Assembly (NCBI RefSeq): GCF_006345805.1 | Contig: NC_043006.1 | Location: 57,226,001-57,290,000, forward strand | DNA from: Octopus sinensis | Lineage: Eukaryota | Reading direction: 5' to 3' | DNA length: 64,000 nucleotides | In this document: piece by piece, positions 1 through 12,639 of the stretch | Position numbering within the stretch: the first letter of the stretch is position 1 | Layout: the number at the start of each line of letters is the position of its first letter | Position numbers and translations under genes: made by a program | The notes under the pieces: model-generated | What the model saw: the letters and a program-made list of their open reading frames with translations, nothing else | Told to the model about the DNA's origin: nothing | Databases searched by the model: none

Positions 1-150
1 TTCAAATTCCGCCGAGGTCGACTTTACCTTTCATCCTTTCGGGGTCGATAAATAAAGTACCAGTTTCGCACTGGGGTCGATGTAATCGACTTAATCCGTT
101 TGTCTGTCCTTGTTTGTCCCCTCTATGTTTAGCCCCTTGTGGGTAGTGAA
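1..150 (+). mobile_element. tRNA-derived SINE family A, cut at the 5' end by the window edge
   Basis: B-box remnant TTCAAATTCC, then the family core gccgaggtcgacttt..cctttcatcctttcggggtcgataaat, which recurs about 20 times in the window; ends gccccttgtggg + A-run. Confidence 0.85.
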
Positions 151-512
151 AAAAAAAAAATTACATATATATTTATATTTACACGTACACACACATTTTG
201 CGATATCTTGATATTCTAACTTCACCTCCTCCTTCTTCATCTTTAAATATCCGCATCACTTTCGCTTCTTTTTCTTGCGTCTACTTTCTTGTTCCTTCAA
301 ATTCTCATGCTTTCCCTCTCTATCCCTCTGTATCTTTCTTCACAATCAAAGCCAACGTGTATATATATACATCACATACACACACACATATACACACATA
401 TATCTACATGCTAATCCTGTTATTTTACTTACAAAGATGCTGTTAAAAACACTTCAAAAACACAGAGAAACTCAGCCTTTCACTTTTTAGAATCCCCTTT
501 CATACTCTGTCC

Positions 513-731
513 TAGTGCTTTTCAAACTTTTTGCTGGAGCGGAACCCCAAGGAAATATTCCACTGGCTCGAGGAACCCCTGTGCAATAATTTAATAGTTT
601 TATGCACACATATCTGTACAGGAGAATCAAAAATTACTGCCGATTTTAGCAGTTTTGTAACTTCTTGCGGAACCCCTGGACTGTACTGGCGGAACCCTAA
701 GGTTCCGAGGAACCCTGGTTGAAAACCACTA
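513..731. mobile_element. hAT-type MITE
   Basis: TIRs TAGTGCTTTTCAAAC / GTTGAAAACCACTA; exact 8-bp TSD ctctgtcc at 505-512 and 732-739. Confidence 0.85.
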
Positions 732-940
732 CTCTGTCCTATTTCTCTTCATATGTTTCTCTTTCTCTCTCTTCGTCTCTCTTGCATTCCTTCTGTATCT
801 CTGTCTCTCTCTATCATTCGCAGTTTTCTTTCACATGTGCTACGCCGCAGCCAATCAGCAAATAGACTTCACTCTGTTTGCATGTAAGTCAAAAACGTAG
901 AGAAACTCAGCCTTTCGTTTTCTTAGAATTCCCTGTCGTT

Positions 941-1327
941 GGCGCATGAGTGGTTGTGTGGTAAGTAGCTTGCTTACCAACCACATGGTTCCGGGTTCAT
1001 TCCCACCGTGTGGTACCTTGGGTAAGTGTCTTCTACTATAGCCTTGGGCCAACCAAAGCCTTGTGAGTGGATTTGGTAGACGGAAACTGAAAGAAGCCCG
1101 TCATATATGTGTGTTTGTCCCCCACCCCACCCAACATCACTTGACAACCGATGCTGGTGTGTTTACGTCCTCGTAACTTAGCGGTTCGGCAAAAGAGACC
1201 GATATAATAAGTACTAGGCTTACAAAGAATAAGTCCTGGGGTCGATTTACTCGATTAAAAAGGCGGTGCTCCAGCATGGCCGCAGTCAAATGACTGAAAC
1301 AAGTAAAAGAGTAAAGAGTAAAGAGAG
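941..1327 (+). mobile_element. tRNA-derived SINE family B
   Basis: A-box-like tggttgtgtggtaag, B-box gggttcattccc, core ggtaccttgggtaagtgtctt, internal TA/TG repeat, tail gcagtcaaatgactgaaacaagtaaaagag; further copies at 7800, 15360 and 32498. Confidence 0.85.
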
Positions 1328-2052
1328 TACCTTGTCTTCTTGTTTCTCTTTATATGTTTCTTTCTCTCTCTATGTCGCTCTCTCACTTTCCCTGTCTCTC
1401 TCTATCATTCGCAATTTAACTTTCTTTCACATGCGCTACGCCGTAGCTCATCAGCAAATAGACTTCACTCTATTTGTATATAAGTCACAAACCAGCGGTT
1501 CACTTCGTTTCGAGATGATCCGAGCACATGATATTGATAAGGCACAATAATGGCGATACATCGGTTTCTGCTATTGTTTCACTTGGTCTGTGACATTCAG
1601 ATGTTCTTTAACATTCGGCATCGTGTGGAAAGCTTCCCTGGACGCTATCCCGCAGCAAATTTGGCGTGTAAGCAAAACACACGCACTATGTATGTATGAC
1701 CGATAATATGCATATGTGTCTATACACACCTACATATTTATCGTTATGTACGAGTTGTAAAATATGTACATATATATATACATTTATACAGTGCAAGGGT
1801 TACCTGATGTAGAACTCAATACGTTGGTTAGAGTGAAGAGTTATATATATTTTTACAAAAGTCGACAGTCTGTTCGGTGTGTGTGTGTGTATCTGTGTGT
1901 AAGAGAGGGAGAGAGACAGTGCGCGCGCGCGCGTGTGTGTAAGAGAGAGAGAGGATGAAAGAAAAAAGAGAGAAAGAAAATAAAGTGGTAGCGAGAGGTA
2001 CACACACGCGCAGACACACACACACTCACACATACACACGCACACAGACTCA

Positions 2053-2091
<39 letters not shown>

Positions 2092-2301
2092 GTGGACCAT
2101 GCTCATATAAAGAATACAATATATGAAGATTAATTTGAGACTGAAATGGTATCGAATTGACATTTCTTCACCAAAGTTTCTCTCACTAAGTATCCATCTT
2201 TTCGTACTTCCATCTACGCCGTCGTATTGTCAATTCATTTCAGTTTTTATATATATATATATATATATACACATACATACACACACACACACATATATAT
2301 A

Positions 2302-2535
2302 TGTGTCATCGACAACCGGTGACTGCCGTACGCTGAAGACGGGCAAATGCCTAGAAACTGCAGTCCGTTCGTGTCACCTAGGTTGACGAGGGAGGGATGA
2401 CCTCCCTTTGCAAATACCATAAGAGCATAGAAAGTGTGCCTAAAGCCAGCTGGAGACGATGATCTCCTGGGGCTACAAGCTACAGTAACACCCACCCTTA
2501 GTGGTTAGCCATATTGAGATGGCTAGTATACCTTA
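2302..2535 (+). mobile_element. Short structured element carrying the hammerhead, embedded in TA/CA microsatellite
   Basis: GC-balanced ~230-bp island between (TA)n/(CA)n tracts with several hairpins (gggagg..cctccc; ggaga..tctcc; tagccat..atggcta). Confidence 0.45.
2318..2378 (+). ncRNA. Candidate minimal type I hammerhead ribozyme (slightly degenerate)
   Basis: CTGAAGA 2333-2339; stem II gggc-aaat-gcct; GAAAC 2354-2358; palindromic stem III ACTGCAGT; GTC triplet 2363-2365; stem I cgtacg/cgttcg extended by ggtgac (2318-2323) pairing with gtcacc (2373-2378). Confidence 0.6.
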
Positions 2536-2627
2536 CATTATATATATATATATATATAATATATATTAATATATATATAGATATATATAATATACACATA
2601 TATATATACATATATATATATATACAC

Positions 2628-2693
<66 letters not shown>

Positions 2694-2910
2694 TAATATA
2701 TATATATATATATACATATATATTTATACATATATATATTATATACACAGACACACACATTATATATATATATATACATATATACGGTTTAGGTGTGAAC
2801 ATAAAAATCGTCTTACGATATCCAGTGACCTTTTAAAGACCTATATTTTTAGTAGAGTCGACCCATGTGAATAAGTGCATTACATATGTGTGTGTGTATA
2901 CACGCACACA

Positions 2911-2977
<67 letters not shown>

Positions 2978-3379
2978 GGTGGTGTGTGTATGTATGTATG
3001 TATACCATACACACATACACATTTATATAATGCACAATTCGTGATGGGAGTTGTACGTTTACACCTCTAAATATTTATGTGTGTTCACATACATAAACAC
3101 CGAAGTGAACTGATATGAAGAGAATGTGGGAGGAGTACGAAAACCATGGACACTTGATGGGAGAGGCTTTCATGAGAAGACTTTTGTTCGTCTAACGTTT
3201 TAGCCTCGAATTTATCGCCTCCTTCTAATGTATTCTAATATATTCTTTGTATTTGTGTACTCCGCGTTTTCTCGAGTGTATTTCTCGCTTACCCCATACC
3301 ACTTCTCTCTTTGTCACTCTCTGTTTCTTTTTTTCACTGTCTCTCTTTTCTTCATCCTCTCTTCATCTGCATGTGTATG

Positions 3380-3421
<42 letters not shown>

Positions 3422-3487
3422 GTTGTGTGTGTGTGTGTGTGTGTATATATTATATATATGTGTATATATATATATATATATATGTGG

Positions 3488-3522
<35 letters not shown>

Positions 3523-3684
3523 CATACATACATACATACATACATACCTATATATAATATAATATATATATATATATATTATATATATATATATATATGT
3601 AAATGTATATGTAAATGTTAATATCAATATATTCATGCACTATATAACACACACACACACACACACACACAACACACCACACAC

Positions 3685-3715
<31 letters not shown>

Positions 3716-3720
3716 TGGCC
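2536..3720. repeat. Compound (TA)n/(CA)n/(TG)n/(CATA)n microsatellite field
   Basis: Directly visible dinucleotide and tetranucleotide tracts. Confidence 0.95.
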
Positions 3721-3823
3721 TGCTCGCTTAGCCAGCGGGGTGGCGTCATTTGAAGGCTAAAACAATGCGAAGCGCATTGTGACCAGCGATATGTAACAAC
3801 ATCTGATAGCCTGGTCGGTCATG

Positions 3824-3828
<5 letters not shown>
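3716..3828. mobile_element. 113-bp unclassified element inside a (TA)n array
   Basis: Sharp GC-rich island flanked on both sides by (TA)n; internal hairpin caatgcg-aag-cgcattg. Confidence 0.45.
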
Positions 3829-3857
<29 letters not shown>

Positions 3858-4091
3858 TGTGTGTGTGCATATGTGTTTCTGCATGCTATTTTTTAATATT
3901 TATTTTAGTTCATCCTTCAAGCAGGCCACTTACAAACTGACAACGCTCTTTTGTTGGAGCGAAGACAGTTCCTAAGCATTTGTGAATATGTGAACGAGTT
4001 TGATGCATTTGTAAATAAACTTGCACTTGTGTAATAGGTGTGAGTGTCAATTTGATACACAGACGCGTGTGTTTCATAAGCGTTTATATGT

Positions 4092-4144
<53 letters not shown>

Positions 4145-6042
4145 CACAGGATCGTTTGTATAAATATATATATTTATCCTTACGAGAAGAAAGATATATG
4201 TGAGTCCAGTTAGGTATTAACTAAAACTATAACGGTTATTTGAAATTATAAGTGAGAGAGGTTTTAGAGACGTTCCCTCTATAGATGAGTAAGGAGATTA
4301 GAAATTCTAACTTCAAATAAGTCGTGTAGGGAAAAGATTGTATAGAAATGTCCAATGGAAAAGCATGGCTATATTTGAATTAAGATGTGACCTGACAATT
4401 AGAAACAATACTTAATGTGGTATATATTAAAAAAAAAAATTTTAATACATGAGAATGAGGTTAAACTAGAGGAGATTGCGTAAAGAGCTAGTGGATTGTT
4501 CACTTAAACAAGTGTTATAGAGGTTAAAACGGATTAAAGAGAGAAAAAAGATTCGTAAAATGGACTAGTGTTTGCATAAGAACTAATATTCGTTAATGTG
4601 CATTAAATGTAAGGTAGAAAAATAAGTAAAAACAGAGAAATAGTTGTTAATATTACAATTAGATAGTAAATACTTGCTGTGGCTATAAAGATGAAAAAGG
4701 AGAGCATGGATTTATTATTGGATGTAGGGATACGGATACATAACAATGTAGGGGAGATAAATGAGCTAGGAATGAAAAATAGAGAAAAGAGGGCTTAATT
4801 TATAGGTATTGATATGTAACTATATTTAAGTATAAATAAAAATATTAGGCAAGAAACTAGCCTGGCATAATGTGAGAGGGATATATAGTGTGATATTAGG
4901 TTTGTATTAATATTCGAGTAACAGAAGAGTATTGTGTATTATGATTATAAGAGAATTTAGGAGTTTAGGGGTGTACATAAGTATACAAAAAATTTATACA
5001 CAATATCCTATAAGAAACTTATAAGGAAAAAATTGTTAGTATATTTATTTCTACGTGAGTAGAGGAATATCTGCTCATTAGTATGCATGATGTATGAATT
5101 CCGGTTTTTTAATTTTTATTAGGGAATACATAAAGGAAGGAACACCGTATACAAGTATATATACTCATACCGGTGCAAAGAAAGAAAAAAAGGGCATACG
5201 CATATAGATACAAATACAGCCACATATAAAAAAAATTGCTTATACTTCTTGCAATGAAGAGTACAATGATATATAATTAATCTAATTAATTTAATTAATT
5301 CTATTCAACCATAAATTTGCATGATTTTTATATCGCTGTACGAATTAAAATTCTCTCATATATTTTAACACCTTCTCTTCTGCATTTTTATAAAAACTTG
5401 AGTTTTATCAGATTTCTTTCCATAAATTCACAACACACCATATATATACACAATTTTGTGTATAAGTCCATCACAAAAAGACGCCAAAAGGGGAATTGCT
5501 GGATTGTTTTGCAAATTTCCACCGTCCATCGATTCAATTTTATCTGGAGGCGACTAACCAATTTGATTCGTCTTATTTTTTTTCTTCTGTTTTTGAAGAT
5601 TTGTCCTGTTGTTTTTAAACAAATCTGTTTGTATGCTTTTACACAAATCTATTGAAACATAACTTAGTACTTCTATGATAATCGGTAAAAATGAAAATCA
5701 ATAGTCTGGGATTAAGCGCCATAAGTTTCTCACCCTTTCCTTAATTTTAGACGAGACATTCCTATCCTCAAAACAGCTGACCTCTACGGTGGTACTTAAT
5801 TGTCCCATAGAACAATACTGAGTCTATATTGTATGCATTGTTTTTATTGACAGTACGCACGTATGTTTTATTTATTTATTTATTTATTTATTTTTCTATC
5901 TGTATTCTTCCAAGAAGGAGGAAACCGTCTTCTAACAAAGAAACAAATACTCCATTACTGGAATTTGGATAGCAACAATGATAATCATTGCATACAAAAC
6001 TTTAAGAAAGTTTTGCATATCTTTAGTATCACACGGTTTGTA

Positions 6043-6045
<3 letters not shown>

Positions 6046-6139
<94 letters not shown>

Positions 6140-6143
6140 ATAT

Positions 6144-6180
<37 letters not shown>
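6046..6180. repeat. (TATC)n + (TA)n microsatellite
   Basis: Directly visible. Confidence 0.95.
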
Positions 6181-6181
<1 letters not shown>

Positions 6182-6337
6182 TATATATTAAGGTATGTAG
6201 AAAAATACAACATGGACAAGAACGTATAACTCATAGAAGACGATACAATAAACATGGACAGGACATTCGAACCCCTCAGTCTTCAGTCAAGAACCGGATC
6301 ATCGTAGTAATTTCGGCTGATTAATCTTGAGATTACA

Positions 6338-6368
<31 letters not shown>

Positions 6369-6497
6369 AATACAATAAGAGGATTCCAAATAGAAAGCCT
6401 TGTGCTAGAAAGAGCAGTAGAAAACTCAAAACTACCAAAATGGATAAATTTTCGAAAGGAATGAAAATTAAAACGTTTTATATATATATATATATAT

Positions 6498-7120
6498 CAC
6501 CTAGCTGTCCGGATGTTTTGCGTTCTTGTCCCATTTTGTATTTTATATATATATAGCGCCGTACATACACTTTGTTCTCTTATATGTAAGTATACATTTT
6601 TTCAAAATCTTGTACGACTCTATTTCTATCAGCCCTTTCACGCTTATTTGTTCATTCCACTCTTCGTTCTTTCGTTTCCCTTCTCTCACATTTCTTTGCC
6701 TTCTCTTCTTACTCACTTTCCCTCCACTTTTCACTTCACTGTGTCCTGTCTTTTTTTCTCGCCCCTCCTTAATTCTTCTGTCCTTCTGCTTCTATTTCTC
6801 TCTCTTCTCTTCCCCCTTCTTAATTCTTCTGTCCCTCTGTTTCTACTTCTCTCTCTTCTCTTCCCTCGTGACCAATCGGCCAGCCTGCTCTTTCTATCTT
6901 TGTCTGAATGTTGTCCGTGCAACATCGAAATTCTTCCCTGTGTATGTGAAATTCTTGTATCTCTGCCGTAAGGCTTCATTTCCACACGCGCGCCAGCTTA
7001 ATTCAATTCGTCCTTAGTCGAAAAACACCCGTTATGTCATGTTATTATTTTTATTATATTTTTTATTGTAACTATATTGTGTAACATTGTCCGGAAGTTT
7101 GCGTTTTGACCCATTTTGTA
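6498..7120. repeat. Unclassified repeat with ~35-bp direct repeats at both ends and an internal ~45-bp tandem duplication
   Basis: tgtccggatgttttgcgttcttgtcccattttgta at 6506 versus tgtccggaagttttgcgttttgacccattttgta at 7088; cttaattcttctgtcc..ttctctctcttctcttccc occurs twice in 6760-6866. Confidence 0.5.
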
Positions 7121-7243
7121 TATATATTATATATAATATATATATACATATATATACATATATACATATATATAACATATATACATATATTATATATATA
7201 TATATATATATATGAGGGTGTGTGTGTGTGGTGTGTGTGTATA

Positions 7244-7333
<90 letters not shown>

Positions 7334-7799
7334 AGTACGATCAATGAAACAGCGTCCAACGACACACATACACAATCACATACATTGTCAAAGTTTTTCT
7401 GTTCTGCTGCTGGTTTTCATTACGTAATAAATAAATTTAGGCAGACAATTTGTTGTTCTTCTCCTGGTTCTGACCTCGGTCACTTCGTGTATTGGAAACA
7501 ATAGCAACAACAGTAAAGAGAGTGACAACTGAGTTACAAATAATATGAGAATTCGAATTGGATATTGAAAACAATGGTGGTGAGAGAAGAGAAGGCGACA
7601 GCGAGAGAAAGAGAGACAGGAAAACAGAGCAGGTAGTAGTGACAGCAGAGGTAATGTTTTGAAAGTAGCTTAAACAGAATAGAGTCATATAACGCCTTAA
7701 ATTTCTCACTGATATCAGCACACTTTAGTTTTCTATGGAGCATTCTATTTTCAATGTTGAATTTTCCGTCTTGTTACTCTATCAGACTACCTAATACTG

Positions 7800-8032
7800 A
7801 TCTCTTTTACTCTCTTTTACTCTTTTACTTGTTTCAGTCATTTGACTGCGGCCATGCTGGAGCACCGCCTTTAGTCGAGCAACTCGACACCGGGACTTAT
7901 TCTTTGTAAGCCCAGTACTTATTCTATCGGTCTCTTTTGCCGAACCGCTAAGTGACGAGGACACCAGCATGTTGTCAAGCAATGCTAGGAGGACAAACAC
8001 AGACACGCAAACACACACACACACATACATAT

Positions 8033-8082
<50 letters not shown>

Positions 8083-8252
8083 ACATATATACGACAGGCT
8101 TCTTTCAGTTTCCGTCTACCAAATCCACTCACAAGGCATTGGTCGGCCCGGGGCTATAGCAGAAGACACTTGCCCAAGATGCCACGCAGTGGGACTGAAC
8201 CCGGAACCATGTGGTTGGTTAGCAAGCTACTTACCACACAGCCACTCCTGCG
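7800..8252 (-). mobile_element. SINE family B
   Basis: Reverse complement of the 941-1327 family, with an expanded internal (CA)/(TA) tract. Confidence 0.85.
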
Positions 8253-8444
8253 TCTGTATTTTTATAATACTTTTTCTCAAATGTTAGAATCTGATCAACA
8301 GAAATGCTATTCACAGGCTACCTTGTTTGGAAAGCAAAAAGAAGTACAGCACCTCGCTTTATAGGTGTTTAATAAGCCATATATTTAATCACACACACAC
8401 ACACATCTATGTATGTATAATACACACACACATATTATATACAA

Positions 8445-8682
8445 AATTCCCTTACCATATCGTGGTTCACCTACCATGGTTTACCTATCGCGGTTCACCT
8501 ATCGCGGTTTATTATTTAAGCTTACGTCGATTCCTCCGTGGTGTTGTTTTGCATTTATAATAAAATAAAATATATACAAATAATAATAAAAATATACAGT
8601 ACTGTTTCTACTTCGCGGGTTTTCACCTATTGCGGTAGGTTTTGGAACGTAACACCCGCGATAGTCGAGGGATTACTGAATA
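8445..8682. mobile_element. pogo/Tigger-like non-autonomous remnant
   Basis: Minus-strand end cagtaatccctcgactatcgcgggtgttacgttcc resembles Tigger-type termini; repeated tatcgcggttcacc motifs at 8455-8510. Confidence 0.4.
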
Positions 8683-8750
8683 CAGGGTTAGCCAAAAGTC
8701 ACCCGACAGCAAATAAAAATTTTATAAATACTATCTGTAATTCTGCATTG

Positions 8751-9069
8751 TGGAGGCGCAATGGCCCAGTGGTTAGGGCAGCGGACTCGCGGTCGGAGGA
8801 TCGCCTTTCGATTCCCAGACCGGGCGTTGTGTGTGTTTATTGAGCGAAAACACCTAAAAGCTCCACGAGGCTCCGGCATGGGGTGGTGGCGACCCCTGTT
8901 GTACTCTTTCGCCCCAACTTTCTCTCTTTCTTCCTGTTTCTTGGGTAACGCTGCTATGGACTGGCGTCCCGTCCAGCTGGGGGGAACACATACGCCACAG
9001 AAACCGGGGAAACCGGGCCCATGAGCCTGGCTAGGCTTGAAAAGGGTGCATAAAAAAAATTAAAAAATA
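8751..9069 (+). mobile_element. tRNA-derived SINE family C with a V-/Meta-SINE-like central motif
   Basis: A box tggcccagtggtt, B box ttcgattccc, motif atggactggcgtcccgtccag, A-rich tail, 12-bp TSD aattctgcattg (8739-8750 and 9070-9081). Confidence 0.9.
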
Positions 9070-10099
9070 AATTCTGCATTGATTCGAATGGAAAAATGTA
9101 TCACTCAAGAAGGACGTCACTTTGAACAATTTTCATGATGTTTCATATTTATATGCTTTTATTAAATTCATTCAGTTGTTAAACATAAATAAACCTTAGA
9201 ATTAAAGGGTTTTGATTTACTCTCAGGTGACTTTTGGCCAACCCTGTATATAATCACCTGTGGTTATAATGTTTGATTTAAGTTTGTTTTGTGACTGCTC
9301 CTGGTTTCCGAGCTTATTATGAAGATTGTGGTAGCAGAAAACTTGGAATTAATATTTTTGTTGACTTATTTTTAAGTGACTGAGAGTAGCCTTTTGTGTA
9401 CGAAATATTGAGTGTTTAGAAGTCGTCCTACCACTTTTCATCGAAATTACCCACGACATATCTACATACATACACACATACATACATACATACATACATA
9501 CATACATACATACATACATACATACATACATACTACAATTTCTCCTATATACATGCACACACACACACTTCCCTGAATCAGATCTGGTTGGTCAGAGTCT
9601 CACCAGTTTTATGCCTTTTATCCTAGGCAGTGTACGTGGTTCATCTCTGACCCATCAAAAATGTCAGGGATTTAGCTAGTGGGGGATGACTGACTCCGTC
9701 CTCTAATGCATGCTCTTCAACAATATCATGAAGCAAGAAAAACGTACATCCTTAAACTTCTCAAGTGATACACTCGTAATTGCGCTGCATATTTCAGGCA
9801 AGACGCTCGACTTACAATGTTTGGAAGAAATTTTCCTGCCCTACAAACTGGATGTCTCTTCTCCAGCATCGAAACTACAAAGGATGTTTTCAAGCATAGC
9901 ATATCTGGCAAGCCCTTTCACCTCAAACTCTGCAACTGATATTTGCCAATAGAATATCAATGAATTTTGATGAACCATTTTCACTCTACTTCCAACCCAT
10001 GGCTCTCTGGCAAGTAAGGCCACTGGGAAGGCCTTCATATTCGTTGCCAACATGGTATCCATTTCCATATCATATATTCTAGGTAAATCTTCTCCAAAA

Positions 10100-10762
10100 T
10101 TATTCCATTCCACTCTACCAGTCCTCTTTTTGAAATTAACGAACCAGCCGTGGTTGGCCTTAAATGCTTCTGCTGATGTCTCCTCCGTCGATGTTTCAGG
10201 GTTCTGCTTCAAGAGATCCCCATACAGCGCTCTTGCATTCTCGCAGATGATGGTCTCCGTAATCGTATCCCCTGCGAGTTGTTTCTCGTCGATCCAGAAG
10301 TAAAGCAATTTTTCACTCCCTTCGTGATGTGCGTTGCTTGGAGAGCCTGGATACGCCCTTTGCTGTTGTAACGGCCTTGATCTCATCCTTTTTCTTGTCC
10401 ACTACACGCATTCCTCTCTCATGTTTATCAATGATTTCCGTCTTCAATTCTATCGTAATCAGCTTTTTCTTCTTCTCAGCACTGTCCTTTGCACTAACCT
10501 TCTTAGGACCCATGGCTAACGCAACTAAATATAAAATAATAGCAAAAAATGCACAAAACTAAAAAAAACACTGGGAAAACATAACAGGGATTGTCGCAAC
10601 GAAATGAACACTTGAAATGAGAGAGCAGAGGCTGCGCTTGTTAGGAGAGTGTGTGCGAGCTCAGCGCCGTTTTAGCGGTCGCTTGTATGAAACTCGCACG
10701 AGCTTCGGCTCGTACAGCAAATTACTCGTACAATGGTGCACTCGCACTGTGAGGTTGTACTG
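10100..10762 (-). mobile_element. Tigger/pogo transposon 5' remnant (CENP-B-type HTH domains, no DDE domain)
   Basis: MGPKKVSAKDSAEKKKKLITIELKTEII (10313-10513) and EKLLYFWIDEKQLAGD..FKANHGWFVNFKKRTG; terminus (ta)cagtacaacctc at 10762. Confidence 0.8.
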
Positions 10763-11394
10763 TATCAGTTATATTTCTCTCAGAAAACATATTAAAAAAA
10801 AAAAACATTTTAAAAAATGGGGAATCGTTGGGATATTGTAGTTTTTGGCAATACAAGGAGATATAGTTATTGCTATATCAGAGACTTGAAGCACAACAAC
10901 AATAACAACACTAACAATACAAAAAAAAAAAAAAAAAGAAGCAGAGCCTCTTCAGTTGTTTCAACATTATATAGAATCGTATGAATATTAATTTAAGAAA
11001 AAAAAGACGGAATATGGAACCTGTCACTTGTCAATCCAGGTTGACAAGTCTTAAAGCTGCATCGTTAGAATGTATATTCATAGCTAACGCCCTCGGTAAT
11101 TACCAGCACTGATAGACAGCGGTCATCCATTGATACATTTTGTGTAATGCTATTGTCATCTGAAAGAGACAACGCTGTACTTACAATGGATGCCAGTGAC
11201 ACTCCCAGAAGAGTTCAAAGAAATTAATGTTAATTAATTGACCTAAACTACATAATCACTCAAACCTAATCATTACAATGGCAAAATATAAATCATTTCT
11301 AATAAATTGTTCCTCATCACAGGCGTGAAATGTTTCATCGATTTATATTTTACGCATTAGCTAATTAATATTGATATGACGGAAATATTAATAA

Positions 11395-11708
11395 ATATAT
11401 ATAAAATACAGTGTACATTTAAGCTCATTAAGAGGTATCCATCATAGGACTCCCTCATGCTAGAAGAAACAGCTAAAGTCCAAACCACTAATTAGGGAAT
11501 GAAAAATAAAATCATTTATCATCTATTTTCTGGACCATGGTTTCTGAAATCATGGTCCAGAAAATAGATGGTTAAATGTTTAATTTTTCATTCCCTTCGA
11601 GATTTTATCCCTAATTAGTGATTTGGACTTTAGCTGTTCCTTCTAGCGTAAGGGAGTCCTATGATGGATACCTCTTAATGTGTTTAAATGTGCACAGTAT
11701 TTTATATG
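11395..11708. repeat. ~310-bp fold-back palindrome (MITE-like)
   Basis: Arms cattaagaggtatccatcataggactccct... and ...agggagtcctatgatggatacctcttaatg converge on a near-zero loop at ~11545. Confidence 0.9.
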
Positions 11709-11797
11709 AATAATATATAGTCTGTTGACTAATTTTTCTATACGCTAAGCTATTGGTAGTAAAAATTTCTAAAATCTGTATTACCCTGATATTATTA

Positions 11798-11798
<1 letters not shown>

Positions 11799-11892
<94 letters not shown>

Positions 11893-11895
11893 CTC
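11799..11895. repeat. (TATC)n microsatellite
   Basis: Directly visible. Confidence 0.95.
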
Positions 11896-11974
11896 TATAT
11901 ATATGTGCAGAGAGAGAGAAAGAGAGGGGAGAGATGCATATGTAAGTGTGCGTACTTACGCGAGCTCACGCACA

Positions 11975-12005
<31 letters not shown>

Positions 12006-12639
12006 TGCACGCATACATACACTTCTTTCAACCGTTTCAACGATCCTACAGTGGATGCACTGGGGCACTGCTATGTTGTCTGGTTCAATCTGGTGCTCAG
12101 TATTTCAGTAAATAAGGCTGACCTTGCCGCTCACATCTGTATCTCTTTCCGTGGTGTTGAGTTCATCGGGTATGGTGCACAATAGCATGTATAAATCCTT
12201 TTAAAAGACGATGGCAAGCACTCAATGCATATCACCAAAAATCGCATATAGTAAGGTAGACATAGGCTGACTATGATGCACTTTTAGCGCAAAGGCCAAA
12301 TTATGTTTTTCACGTCTATAGAAAAATTTGTCATTCTCAAAGTAGTCTGATTATATATTGTAATTCTTATCATTAATATGATTAGGGACACAATATTTGT
12401 TTCCATTGTCATATTTGTGACAATACATGTAGCTCAGCATCCGGGCTTAAGAGCCACTTACGGGCCCACAGCCGGATGCTTAATCGATAGCTTTAGGACA
12501 GATGGTAATTATTCTGAAAAGAAGCAGCAATCACCATGTATGTATGTATGTATGTATGTATGTATGTATGTATGTATGTATGTATGTATGTATGTATGTA
12601 CGTACGTTTGTATATCTGTTCCCTCTCTCTTTTTAATTT

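Noticed and set aside
4200-5700. AT-rich stretch that might be a decayed Penelope/LINE body
   Set aside because: No recognisable protein motif in any frame that I could read
5748-5782. Hammerhead-like relic tagacgag..cctcaaaacagctga
   Set aside because: Both catalytic boxes and the cleavage triplet are mutated; it cannot be supported as a ribozyme
198-7504. Numerous 60-160 aa ORFs rich in YI/HT/CV/LS runs (also at 14056-14463, 19200-19702, 39013-40923, 56176-56899)
   Set aside because: They are translations of microsatellites and low-complexity DNA, not genes
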